Positions 30,623-40,544 of a stretch of DNA of 64,000 nt are shown here, piece by piece. The position numbers and the translations under genes were made by a program. Position 1 is the stretch's first letter. The number at the start of each line of letters is the position of its first letter. This stretch comes from Alphaproteobacteria bacterium. Its GTDB lineage: Bacteria > Pseudomonadota > Alphaproteobacteria > UBA828. The notes beneath the pieces are model-generated. The model saw only the letters and a list, made by a program, of their open reading frames with translations. It had not been told where the DNA came from and ran no database searches. The DNA lies in contig CBDEFM010000002.1 in the NCBI GenBank assembly GCA_965237415.1, forward strand, positions 2,080,001 through 2,144,000, read 5' to 3'.

Positions 30623-31785
30623 GTAAAGGTTCGGTCGAGCCGGTATGGGGGTGAGTGAAAGTTTCGTCGTGCGGCGATGACGGGATTCGTATCAGCGGCT
30701 GCAGGGATAGGCTCCCCTGGGTTCCTAGGGCAGCCTGTCGCGGTCGTAGCATCCGCGCCGCTGAGTGGTCTCAACACAGCCCCTTCGCGATGCCTTGTAT
30801 ACGGCGCCTGTGAAGGTTAAGGAACCAGTGCCGATCGCCCCCAGAACCAGCAACGCGACATCCCATGGCGACGAGAGTGCCGGGGCGGGGCACATGATCG
30901 AGCGGCATGACCGCAACGACCAGGAGGCGCAAGTGGTCAAGATCGGGGTGCTTATCGTCGGCTCGCTGTATTGGGACCTTGAGTCACCTCGACCGCGCTG
31001 GCGTGCCGAACGCCTTGACTGTGCGCATCAGGAGCATGTGAGGGTCCCCATCCGCTACGGACGGCGCTCAACCAAGAGGGGATATTCTTACACCATGGTT
31101 GTCTCGCCGGCGCTGGGTGCCGACGAATTGGGCACTGCGATCGCGGTCCCATACCATTCCTGCAATCTCGTTGAGGAGGCCGAAGAGCTTTGGGCGGCCG
31201 AGGACAACAGCAATAATGCGCCGACGGGCCGCATTTCGGCTGGCTTCGGCTGCGTGGCTCTTCTGGAAAACCCAGACCTTCTCCTTTCGGACGAACTGCG
31301 CAAGGCGTGGACGGGCCGTGTAGAACGAGAGGAGGACTACAAGACTCCGATACGTATGGATGGGGAAGACAGAGACGTGGTCGATCCGCGTTCCGGCTTC
31401 CTGACAATCGATTGGCCGCGGACGGTGGCCGGACCGCCACTCGGTTGGAGCGCGCTGCTTGTCACCGCGACCAGCCCCAGGGGCCCCCAGCGGTCTTCTC
31501 GCCGCCACCCCTCGCCACGGGAGATCGCCGACGCTTGGAACATTCCGGAAGACCGCGACTCGCGGTCTCGCCGAACGGTGGACTACTTCTGGAAGAACCG
31601 GGAAAACGGGATCACGACCCATCAGGACCCTGAGATCCAGGCTCAGCTCAGGCAACTGGGCCTGACGCCGTAACTGATCGGCCCGACCCCACATGTTGAT
31701 CCGAACTGACATACCCACCGGTTCGGGCAGGACACCGGATTGCGACGACTCAGGCGCCGTGATACCGGCCCCACCGAACCTTTAC
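30623..31785. mobile_element. non-autonomous IS66-type cargo cassette, copy 1 (1163 bp)
   Basis: Ends GTAAAGGTTCGGTCGAGCCGGTAT ... ATACCGGCCCCACCGAACCTTTAC; 8-bp direct repeat GAGAGGTC at 30615-30622 and 31786-31793; no transposase inside. Confidence 0.9.
30933..31673 (+). CDS. hypothetical cargo protein with N-terminal IVGSLYW motif (possibly GGCT/ChaC-like fold)
   Basis: GGAGG RBS then GTG; 246 aa; only long ORF with a good RBS in the cassette; fold is a guess from one motif. Confidence 0.6.
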   Translation: MVKIGVLIVGSLYWDLESPRPRWRAERLDCAHQEHVRVPIRYGRRSTKRGYSYTMVVSPALGADELGTAIAVPYHSCNLVEEAEELWAAEDNSNNAPTGRISAGFGCVALLENPDLLLSDELRKAWTGRVEREEDYKTPIRMDGEDRDVVDPRSGFLTIDWPRTVAGPPLGWSALLVTATSPRGPQRSSRRHPSPREIADAWNIPEDRDSRSRRTVDYFWKNRENGITTHQDPEIQAQLRQLGLTP

Positions 31786-31831
31786 GAGAGGTCGGTAAAG
31801 GTTCGGTCGGGCCGGTATGGGTCGGTGGATT

Positions 31832-32713
31832 TTACCGATTGAGGGTTCGCTTCCAATCTCTTCGCAGGGGCCGAAGCCAGATGTCCTTCCTGGGCTTGTC
31901 GTACAGCTTGTCCCGGTCGTATCGGCCGCGCCCCTTGGTCGCTCCGACATGGATCCAGCCGGAGGCTCTGTAGACGGCTCCGGTGTAGCGGGGCGTCTCG
32001 ACGAAAGTCTCGATGAGCACGGGCGTTGTGTTGTAGCGCTCGGTCCAGTCCTCGGGCAGGCGCCGGCGGATGATGGCGAGGATGTGCGAGCCCAGGTTGG
32101 GGATATTGATCCAGGGCAGGATCAGGAACCGCGGGTTATCGACCACGAGGGGGAGGTTCTTCTCGCGCAGTTGCGGCGTCCACCCGATGAAGGTGTCGCG
32201 CGGGGCGAGCTTCCAGGCGGCGGTGGAGAAGCCGAGCATGGCGACGGGCCAGCCGTTGCGGTCGTGGGCGGCGTAGCGCATCTGGGCGCCGACCAGGGTC
32301 CTGTAGCCGAGATAGTGGTAGCGGGCGATGAACTCGTTCCACAGCTTGCCCTCCCGGGTGCCGCGCACGACGGGCCGCAGGGTGAGCGGACGGACCTCGT
32401 CGAGGGTTGTCGGCGTCGGGAACAGCGGCGGTTGGGTGTGCGGTCCGAAGATGATGGGCTTGGGCCGGTTCTGCCGTCCCTGCTTCGGCGGCAGAACGAT
32501 GAGGCCGTCGCGGTGCATATCGAGCATGGTGACCCTGGCCATCATGTCCTTGAGGCCGCCGTCGGGCTTGAACCAGCCGATGCGCCGGCAGAACGCCTTC
32601 GACAGGCGATGGCGGTTCAGCGCCGGAGGGTCGGCGATCAGGGCGCGCAGCAGCGCCATCTCTTCGGCGGTGAAGTCGCGGCCGTAATAGCGGCACTCGA
32701 CGGCGCCGGTCAT
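31832..32713 (-). CDS. DUF4338 (DruA-like domain) IS passenger protein
   Basis: WNEFIARYHYLGY, GAQMRY, AWKLAPRDTFIGW, NPRFLILPW, ETFV, GAVYRASGW; ATGA overlap with the transposase stop. Confidence 0.85.
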   Translation of the reverse strand: MTGAVECRYYGRDFTAEEMALLRALIADPPALNRHRLSKAFCRRIGWFKPDGGLKDMMARVTMLDMHRDGLIVLPPKQGRQNRPKPIIFGPHTQPPLFPTPTTLDEVRPLTLRPVVRGTREGKLWNEFIARYHYLGYRTLVGAQMRYAAHDRNGWPVAMLGFSTAAWKLAPRDTFIGWTPQLREKNLPLVVDNPRFLILPWINIPNLGSHILAIIRRRLPEDWTERYNTTPVLIETFVETPRYTGAVYRASGWIHVGATKGRGRYDRDKLYDKPRKDIWLRPLRRDWKRTLNR

Positions 32714-35271
32714 CCCGGCGCCGTCAGTGCGAGCCTGTGTTCCTCGTTCATCGACCATGGCAGCCAAGGCGACAGGTCGTCCGGCGGTCGACGGCCATTC
32801 TTCGCGCATTCTTCCAGCCACGCCTCAAGCCAGCGCAGGACATCGATGCCGTTCAACGCGAGGGTGCCCACCACCGAGTACATCATGGCCGTGAACCGGG
32901 CGCCGGTCTCGCTGTCGGAGCCGAACGACAGGCGTCTTCCGATCGCTGGCCCTCTGAGCATCCTTTCGGCGAGATTGTTGTCCATCGGCGTCAGCGGGCG
33001 GTCGACGAAGACGCTCAGCCCCTCGCGATGGTTGATGAGCGAGCGCAGGGCCTTGCCCTCACGCGCCTCGTCGGGCAGGCCGGCGAGCTCCCGTTCGGCC
33101 TGCGCGAACAGGCCGTCGAGCGTCTCCTTCAGCGCGCCCTGTGCCGTGTCGAACGCCGGCGTCTGGCGCTCAAGCCCGGCGCCGTAATGCTCCAGCCGCG
33201 CCTCGTTCAGGCGGTAGATCGACGCGATCCGCTCGATCCATCCCCGGCACCATTCCGTCAGGCTGACCTGGCCGGCCGCGCACTCGATAAAATCGCGCCG
33301 TTGATGAGACCAGCAGAACGCAAGGGTCACCAGCCCCCCGCGAAGGCGAGCGAGCCGCTTGTAGGCGCTATAGCGGTCGCAGACGATGACCGTGTGGAGG
33401 AGGGCCGCCGCGAACAGCTTCTCCGCCGCTTCGGCGCTGCGCGAAGGGTCGATATGGAAGTAGACGGCATCGCTGCTGACCGAGGTCCACAGCCAGGCGC
33501 GGCTCGACCGGTCTTCCCCGCGAAGCTCTTGCACGCGCCAGCTGGTTTCGTCGGCATGGCGCAGCGCCGCCTTGTCCTGGTGCGCGAGGATCGCCCCGGC
33601 GACTGGCTCGAACAGTGGCACGAAGCGGAGCATGCTGTCGGCGAGCGTGCCGGGAGAGATCGGCAGCCCCCGGTCGGACAGCCACGCGGCGACCCGCTTG
33701 AGCGGGCGGTAGCAGGCATAGCGTTCGAACAGGACGCAGGCCCACACGCTGATTCCGTAGGGCGTGTTGCGGAACAACCGCGGCACCGGGGGCGCCGACA
33801 CTTCGATCGGCGACGACGCGCAGCCGCAGGCCCGGCGCCAGCGCGGACGGCGGATCACACGCTTGTGGGCCTTGACGTCGATCTCGACGAGCGGGGAGAT
33901 ATCGGCGCCGATCGCCGCATAGGGCTTGCCGCAACAGGAGCACACACGCGCCTCCTTCGGCGGGTTGATCTCCTCCTCGCGCTCCTCGAGCCCGGGCCGT
34001 CGGGTACGGCCATGGCCTGGGGCGCCGCGCTGCTGGCCGCGCGGGCGTCCGGAACGCGGCGTCTCCTGCTTCTCGCTCTTTCGGCCGAACAGCGCCTTCG
34101 ACAGCACCGCCCCGGTCGCGCGAAGCCTGGCAAGCTGCGCTTCCAGCGTCTGGATCCGATTCCACGACGCCTTCGCGCCCTTGCGCAGCCGGGCGTTCTC
34201 CCTGGACAGCGATTTGATCGTGGCCTTCTGGCGCCGCGATCTCCGCAATGCCCTGCGCAGGTCGGCATCCGCAATGGACAGCGACTTCGACAGCGTCTTC
34301 CTGACCGCTCGAAGCCCGGCAAGCTCGGACTCAAGCGCCTTTCTGATTGCACGAAGTTTGGCAGGCTGAACCTCCAGCGACGCTTGCCGCCTCTCCAACT
34401 TCCGCACGGTCCTGCGCAGCCGGGCGTTCTCCTTGCCGAACGACGTGATCGTGGCCTTCTGGCGCCGAGATCTCCTCAGGGCTGTACGAAGTTGAGCAGC
34501 CTCGTCGCACGACAACTTTGACAGCGTCGCCCCGGTCGCGCGAAGCTTGGTAAGCCGCGCCTTCAATTTGTCCTTTTGGGCCTCGGACACGTTCAGAGCA
34601 ACGCGCAGCCGGTAGCCCTCGCCGGACAAGGATTTCACCGCGTCCTTCTGGTCGCGCAGTCGCCTCAGTTCCGCAACAAGACGAACGATCTCGCGGTTCT
34701 GCGATCCGATCGTCTCCTTGTGGGTTTCCGCGCCCTGCAAATCCTTGCGCAACTCACGGACCTCGTACTCCAGCAACCCGGCCTTCGCCGCCCGGGCCTG
34801 CGCCACCTTCAGAGCCTTGCGCAGCTGGTTGACCTCCGTGAGCGACACAACCGGGGGCTGCCTGGCGGCCTCGATGCGGGATTCCGAAGGCCGCTGCTCA
34901 AACCGCGTCACTTCCGCCTTCGATGATTGCGCGGCCTTCACCGCGCGACGCAGTTCCTTCACCTCGACGCGGGACGCCTCCAGCTTGCCCCGACAGCTGT
35001 CGAGCTGCCACTTGAAAGAACCCGCCCGGGAACGAGCATCCACATCTGACCGGCGCAGCTCTTCACAGCGTGCTTCGGCCGCGTCCGCCCGCGCCCGTTC
35101 CCGCTCCGCACGGGCGTGCTGCCGCTCGTACAGCGAACGCCAGTCGCGCGGCTGCTGCTCCAGCACGGACGCAGGGAACGACCAACCTGCATCGTCACCA
35201 TCGGCCTGCGTCAGCGCTGCGCCAATATCTTCGTCGAGAACCGCCATGCGCTCAACGATAGCCCATGGCAA
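32710..35271 (-). CDS. IS66-family transposase with long coiled-coil N-terminus
   Basis: LFGRKSE, CSCCG zinc-finger region, HADETSW, VCDRYSAY, CWSHQRR, DNNLAERMLR, LSPWLPW. Confidence 0.92.
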   Translation of the reverse strand: MPWAIVERMAVLDEDIGAALTQADGDDAGWSFPASVLEQQPRDWRSLYERQHARAERERARADAAEARCEELRRSDVDARSRAGSFKWQLDSCRGKLEASRVEVKELRRAVKAAQSSKAEVTRFEQRPSESRIEAARQPPVVSLTEVNQLRKALKVAQARAAKAGLLEYEVRELRKDLQGAETHKETIGSQNREIVRLVAELRRLRDQKDAVKSLSGEGYRLRVALNVSEAQKDKLKARLTKLRATGATLSKLSCDEAAQLRTALRRSRRQKATITSFGKENARLRRTVRKLERRQASLEVQPAKLRAIRKALESELAGLRAVRKTLSKSLSIADADLRRALRRSRRQKATIKSLSRENARLRKGAKASWNRIQTLEAQLARLRATGAVLSKALFGRKSEKQETPRSGRPRGQQRGAPGHGRTRRPGLEEREEEINPPKEARVCSCCGKPYAAIGADISPLVEIDVKAHKRVIRRPRWRRACGCASSPIEVSAPPVPRLFRNTPYGISVWACVLFERYACYRPLKRVAAWLSDRGLPISPGTLADSMLRFVPLFEPVAGAILAHQDKAALRHADETSWRVQELRGEDRSSRAWLWTSVSSDAVYFHIDPSRSAEAAEKLFAAALLHTVIVCDRYSAYKRLARLRGGLVTLAFCWSHQRRDFIECAAGQVSLTEWCRGWIERIASIYRLNEARLEHYGAGLERQTPAFDTAQGALKETLDGLFAQAERELAGLPDEAREGKALRSLINHREGLSVFVDRPLTPMDNNLAERMLRGPAIGRRLSFGSDSETGARFTAMMYSVVGTLALNGIDVLRWLEAWLEECAKNGRRPPDDLSPWLPWSMNEEHRLALTAPG

Positions 35272-35365
35272 AACGCGTTACCAGCCCAATTTTAGAGTTC
35301 ATCCCGACATGGATGATGAGCCCAACGTCGGCCTATACCGGCCCGACCGAACCTTTACAGAGGTC

Positions 35366-36528
35366 GTAAAGGTTCGGTCGAGCCGGTATGGGGGTGAGTG
35401 AAAGTTTCGTCGTGCGGCGATGACGGGATTCGTATCAGCGGCTGCAGGGATAGGCTCCCCTGGGTTCCTAGGGCAGCCTGTCGCGGTCGTAGCATCCGCG
35501 CCGCTGAGTGGTCTCAACACAGCCCCTTCGCGATGCCTTGTATACGGCGCCTGTGAAGGTTAAGGAACCAGTGCCGATCGCCCCCAGAACCAGCAACGCG
35601 ACATCCCATGGCGACGAGAGTGCCGGGGCGGGGCACATGATCGAGCGGCATGACCGCAACGACCAGGAGGCGCAAGTGGTCAAGATCGGGGTGCTTATCG
35701 TCGGCTCGCTGTATTGGGACCTTGAGTCACCTCGACCGCGCTGGCGTGCCGAACGCCTTGACTGTGCGCATCAGGAGCATGTGAGGGTCCCCATCCGCTA
35801 CGGACGGCGCTCAACCAAGAGGGGATATTCTTACACCATGGTTGTCTCGCCGGCGCTGGGTGCCGACGAATTGGGCACTGCGATCGCGGTCCCATACCAT
35901 TCCTGCAATCTCGTTGAGGAGGCCGAAGAGCTTTGGGCGGCCGAGGACAACAGCAATAATGCGCCGACGGGCCGCATTTCGGCTGGCTTCGGCTGCGTGG
36001 CTCTTCTGGAAAACCCAGACCTTCTCCTTTCGGACGAACTGCGCAAGGCGTGGACGGGCCGTGTAGAACGAGAGGAGGACTACAAGACTCCGATACGTAT
36101 GGATGGGGAAGACAGAGACGTGGTCGATCCGCGTTCCGGCTTCCTGACAATCGATTGGCCGCGGACGGTGGCCGGACCGCCACTCGGTTGGAGCGCGCTG
36201 CTTGTCACCGCGACCAGCCCCAGGGGCCCCCAGCGGTCTTCTCGCCGCCACCCCTCGCCACGGGAGATCGCCGACGCTTGGAACATTCCGGAAGACCGCG
36301 ACTCGCGGTCTCGCCGAACGGTGGACTACTTCTGGAAGAACCGGGAAAACGGGATCACGACCCATCAGGACCCTGAGATCCAGGCTCAGCTCAGGCAACT
36401 GGGCCTGACGCCGTAACTGATCGGCCCGACCCCACATGTTGATCCGAACTGACATACCCACCGGTTCGGGCAGGACACCGGATTGCGACGACTCAGGCGC
36501 CGTGATACCGGCCCCACCGAACCTTTAC
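35366..36528. mobile_element. non-autonomous IS66-type cargo cassette, copy 2
   Basis: Repeat of 30623-31785 at offset 4743 with identical ORF translations; followed by GAGAGGTC at 36529-36536. Confidence 0.9.
35676..36416 (+). CDS. second copy of the cassette cargo protein
   Basis: Translation identical to 30933-31673. Confidence 0.6.
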   Translation: MVKIGVLIVGSLYWDLESPRPRWRAERLDCAHQEHVRVPIRYGRRSTKRGYSYTMVVSPALGADELGTAIAVPYHSCNLVEEAEELWAAEDNSNNAPTGRISAGFGCVALLENPDLLLSDELRKAWTGRVEREEDYKTPIRMDGEDRDVVDPRSGFLTIDWPRTVAGPPLGWSALLVTATSPRGPQRSSRRHPSPREIADAWNIPEDRDSRSRRTVDYFWKNRENGITTHQDPEIQAQLRQLGLTP

Positions 36529-36583
36529 GAGAGGTCGACCGTAACGCCCGCGTCGACGCGGCCTGTCACCCGACGCGCCGCGT

Positions 36584-37196
36584 TCATCGTTTCGGACGCC
36601 GTGATCCGTTCCCGTGGCTGGCGAGCGGGCCGCGCCGCCGCCGCGCCATGTTCTCCATGCCGAAACGGGCCCTCGCCTCGTCGAAGCCGATCGGATTGAA
36701 CGGCCCGCCATACCAGCGGACCATGTCCCGGTGTTCCTCGTGCGCCGGATCGAGGACCGCCTCCAGAAAGTCCATAAAGCAGTCCGCGCCGCCGACGTCC
36801 TCCGGCGCACAGCGCCGGGCCCCGTCCACGAAGGCCGGATACTCCATATCCGGATCGCCGTCGCGAACGTCCTCGACGATCACGTCGTGGCGCCAGTTGT
36901 CACCGTAGTCGTAGACGTAGACGAACCGGTCCGCGCCCCGCGCGATCGCGGTGCCCAGCCGCAGGCCCTTCGTCTTGTAGACCGGCGGCTCGTCGTCGAA
37001 CTCGCGCAACGACGGATCGCCGTAGCACCGGCCGTCGATCTCGAATTCCCAGAGGTGCGAGAATGTCCAGCCCATGGTCATCTGGATCGCCTCCTGCAAG
37101 GCCTCCAGCGTCGTAGACAGCGGCATGTCGATGCGCCGCCACATCTTCGGCTCCAGCTCCTGCAGCTCGATGCGCAGCCGCGATCCGCTCGCTCAC
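36584..37196 (-). pseudogene. plasmid pRiA4b ORF-3 family protein, frameshifted near the N-terminus
   Basis: WRRIDMP..TLEALQEAIQMTMGW..SHLWEF, YVYDYGDNWRH, CAPEDVGG; GTG start (MSERIA) and RLRIELQELEPK lie in different frames at ~37178. Confidence 0.75.
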
Positions 37197-37739
37197 CGCC
37201 CCGTTCCCTCGGCCTTCCGTTCGCCCGACAGGGCATAGGACCGGCGCCGGAACCCGTCAATCGGCACCTCTTGCGGCCTCGGATCGATGCGTGCGCGGTT
37301 GCCGCCACCGAGGCGGGCCAGCGCATCGCGGCATGTTCATGCTTGATTTGCCAGAATGCCTGCAGGCGCAAGCAGAATGCAGTCTAACCCGTTAATTGTG
37401 CAGGATTTCCCGGTAGCGGGGGCACCGGTTCCCGGCACGCTCGTCTTCGTACCGTAAGCAGCCGGATTCAACCTCACGTCCCTGCATGGTGTCCGTTGGC
37501 CTCATCACCGAAATTGAGAGCTTAACCATCGATCTCCCGACCATCATCATTGGAAACTGCGGCTTTAGAAACACCCGCCGCAAGACCAGTCACGCCGGAC
37601 GCTTACTCAGCATGCCGAGATATCGATTCCGCTGCATTCAACGGGAGTCATTCGCCGATGCCGATAAACAACGGCGCAAAAGCGGAGAGACCGACTCGCC
37701 CGCCTCCGGAATGTCGGCCTCGGTGATCGCCGGGGGTTC

Positions 37740-37950
37740 ATGCATTCGCTCCCTGAGGTCGCTGAGGGTTCAATTTGCGGCGCCTGGGTAGCACGCTGCG
37801 GTGTCCGGTGCGAGACGATGGCGCGCTTTCTCGCCGACGGCTCGCACTCCAGGGCCCGGCGCGCCTTTCGGTCGGACACCGCCCTGGCCGGCTCTACACC
37901 GACCGTCCACGCAGAATATACCAACGTTATCCGTGTCTCCCGCGTTCGGG
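37740..37950. repeat. ~210-bp diverged copy of the HU upstream leader
   Basis: Aligns with indels to 40820-41022 (shared gtagcacgct, cggtgtccgg, caccgaccgtccacgc, atccgtgtct..cgcgttcgg). Confidence 0.75.
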
Positions 37951-38006
37951 GCGGCCTTCAGTCGTCCTTACCGCAGATACGGGCGTATTCCTTTCCCGAT
38001 CAGCTC

Positions 38007-39029
38007 TCAGCCATCGGCTCGTTTGACCAGCATTTCGGCAAGCCGATCCAGCTCGTCCCCTTGATTTTCCATGATCTTGTCCGCCTCGTGCAGCAGGGCA
38101 ATGATATTAGCCCGGTGCGCGGCGTCCAGGTCGTCCAACGCATCCTCCAGACGGATATCGAAGCGGAAGTACCGCTGTTCCCGGGTGTCATCGGCGGAAT
38201 CGGGCAGCAGTTGCCGGGCATGGTAGTCCGCTGAATCAGACATGCCATCCATCATCACGGAAATAACCGGCTTGGCCCAGCCGAGCGGTCCCCAGTCTTT
38301 GGCGTCCTCGTAGGGAATTTTGCGATCGTTCATCCCGGTGCCAGCAGCACACAGGAGGATCTCGTTCATGTCGGTCCCGGAGGACAGCGCCTCCGAGAGC
38401 GCGATCATGGACGGGTTGTTCGCGAACACCCCACCGTCGACAAGCGCTCGCCGGTTGTCCTTTTCGCCTTTCCATTGCTCTTCGTCCAGAAGGAACGCCT
38501 CGAAAAAGGTCGGAGCGGCGGAGGTCGCGCGCGCAACGTGGCGGAGAAGATGGTTGCGGCCTTCCTCTCCGGCACGAGCCTTGCTGGTTTTGAACAGGTA
38601 GGGTTCGCGCTTCTCAATATCGTAGGATGTCACGATGATGTCCGGCACGGTATCCGACAGTTCCGCATCGCCCAGCATTTCATGCAGGATGCCCTCCAGT
38701 GGCGCGGCATCGTATTTTTCATCCGAAAGCCCGCCCAGGCTGGTCACCCCCTTCCAGAGAGAGCGACTGAAGATCTTGTGCCCACGCTCGGAATAGAGCT
38801 GAACCAACTCTTTTGCGGAGCACGGGCCTCCGGCTTGTCCTTTCTCCGGCCGTGCGAGGCCGGTCGCCAGGATGCCGCCGGTCGATGTGCCGACGATCAG
38901 GTCGAAGAGTTCGTGGATGCACCGTCCTGTCCGGTTTTCGAGTGCCTGCAGGACGCTGGCCGGTATCAGGCCCCGGATGCCGCCACCGTCGAGGCTCAGG
39001 ATGGTCTTGTAACCGGCTTCTTTAGCCAT
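38007..39029 (-). CDS. patatin-like phospholipase
   Basis: LSLDGGGIRG, VGTSTGG (nucleophile Ser), ATSAAPTFF, VDGGVFANNP. Confidence 0.93.
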   Translation of the reverse strand: MAKEAGYKTILSLDGGGIRGLIPASVLQALENRTGRCIHELFDLIVGTSTGGILATGLARPEKGQAGGPCSAKELVQLYSERGHKIFSRSLWKGVTSLGGLSDEKYDAAPLEGILHEMLGDAELSDTVPDIIVTSYDIEKREPYLFKTSKARAGEEGRNHLLRHVARATSAAPTFFEAFLLDEEQWKGEKDNRRALVDGGVFANNPSMIALSEALSSGTDMNEILLCAAGTGMNDRKIPYEDAKDWGPLGWAKPVISVMMDGMSDSADYHARQLLPDSADDTREQRYFRFDIRLEDALDDLDAAHRANIIALLHEADKIMENQGDELDRLAEMLVKRADG

Positions 39030-39331
39030 TGACCCTTTCCTTTTTCCGAATTACGATATGAATAGAATCAACCATAACAAGTGTTACACAACAAGTGTTA
39101 ACGGCATTCCAATCATGCTCCACGTAAGCGTCTGGGCGGTCTGGACGCGGCGGCTCAAAATGGGCCTCCTATAGCCCCTTGTCTGTTTGGGCACGGGGCG
39201 GAGGATGTACCGAGTGGAGTTCCACGCGGCAGTTCCTCTGACGGTTATCGATTACGCCGTGTCTCCCGACCCAAGGTGCGCCTCGCTATTTACAATTTCA
39301 ATGAGCGTGAGAAATAAAGGGAAAGCCAATC

Positions 39332-39532
39332 ATGAACGTGCCCATCTTAACCGTCATCGTAACTCTAAGTCTGTGTTCTCTAGCTCTTGGGGACGAGAAT
39401 CCACTGCCGGACGCTTCTGATGCTTCCAAAGCGGACAATTCCGGCACGGAGTATAAAACGCAAAGCTCTGGAACGATAGGCGATTTTTGTGACGAAAATC
39501 CGTCAGCTCCTCAGTGCCCACAGGCCCAGTAG
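39332..39532 (+). CDS. small secreted hypothetical protein
   Basis: 66 aa, signal-like N-terminus, C-terminal Cys pair, low GC. Confidence 0.4.
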   Translation: MNVPILTVIVTLSLCSLALGDENPLPDASDASKADNSGTEYKTQSSGTIGDFCDENPSAPQCPQAQ

Positions 39533-39555
39533 AAGGAAGATACAAGGGAATAATC

Positions 39556-40125
39556 ATGGCTGAACAAAATGAACAAAATGCACTTGGTAGAGTTGTACAG
39601 TGGGCAACATTGTTCGGTATTTTAATTGGTATCGCCACATTAATTTTCGCTTGGTGCGAATACAAAAGTAATCAGAATAGCGAGAGAATCAACAGAACTC
39701 TTCAGTTTTCCGAAGACTATCGCAGCGGACAATTCTTAAAAACGAGAAGGAATGTGCTTATGGTTTATCAGGATGCACGATACGATAAATCCGGCGCACG
39801 CCGCTCATGGCAAGAGAAGGTGAAGTTTATGGACGAGAGGTTAAGCGTAGGAATTGACGCCATTGACTACGGATTGACTATGGAATTTTTTGATACACTC
39901 CAGGTTTGCACAATTCAGAACATCTGTGACGAAGAATCAGCGCTCAACCTATTCTCATATGATGCGTGCTATCTCCTTAATGTATATTTTCCTTTTGTTA
40001 TAGAACGCGTGCGTAAGGATAAACTACACGCCTATGGGCTGCGGTATTTCGCTAAACGGTACATAGATGATAAAGGAGCTTCCTGCTTTGCGGAACAACA
40101 ATTACCCGACGATATAAGACTATAG
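39556..40125 (+). CDS. hypothetical protein with N-terminal membrane anchor
   Basis: Low-GC ORF with TM segment WATLFGILIGIATLIFAW followed by a helical domain. Confidence 0.65.
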   Translation: MAEQNEQNALGRVVQWATLFGILIGIATLIFAWCEYKSNQNSERINRTLQFSEDYRSGQFLKTRRNVLMVYQDARYDKSGARRSWQEKVKFMDERLSVGIDAIDYGLTMEFFDTLQVCTIQNICDEESALNLFSYDACYLLNVYFPFVIERVRKDKLHAYGLRYFAKRYIDDKGASCFAEQQLPDDIRL

Positions 40126-40544
40126 AATGTCGGTTGTGAGGTTTGTAGATAGAAAATTTTCCTCAAAATTAGTCTTCTTCCATTCTTTGTGCCTTCCGCC
40201 CGCGCCCGTGCCTTCCGTCATGCGCTTTAACTCGCCCTCATCGTCTTTCCCCAGAAAGCGACGGGTCCAAAGAAATCGATCCTCCATTGCCTGCCTCGCC
40301 ACCGTCTAGAGTCGCCATTTGGAGCCAGACATCGAAATCCTGTTGTTTCTGCTTGATTTGTCATCTCGTCGCCAATCAGACAACCGAATAGCCTCCAAGC
40401 CGTTGGCCTGCCACGGGTCCTGATAACGCCGAACGCTCAACGCCTGGACGCCCGTCTTCGTGCGGCAACCGCCCGGTTTCAACATCCAGGGCGTTGGTGG
40501 CGTCGTGTGTCCCGATCAACGTCCAATCTCCGTACTCACTACCC

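Larger units (their letters stand above)
31795..35358 (-). mobile_element. IS66-family element (single transposase plus DUF4338 passenger)
   Basis: Terminal inverted repeats GTAAAGGTTCGGTCGGGCCGGTAT / ATACCGGGCCCGACCGAACCTTTAC; 8-bp direct repeat AGAGGTCG at 31787-31794 and 35359-35366. Confidence 0.92.

Noticed and set aside
31832-32713. Druantia defence system (DruA domain)
   Set aside because: The gene lies inside IS66 terminal repeats, and no DruE helicase or other Dru genes are present.
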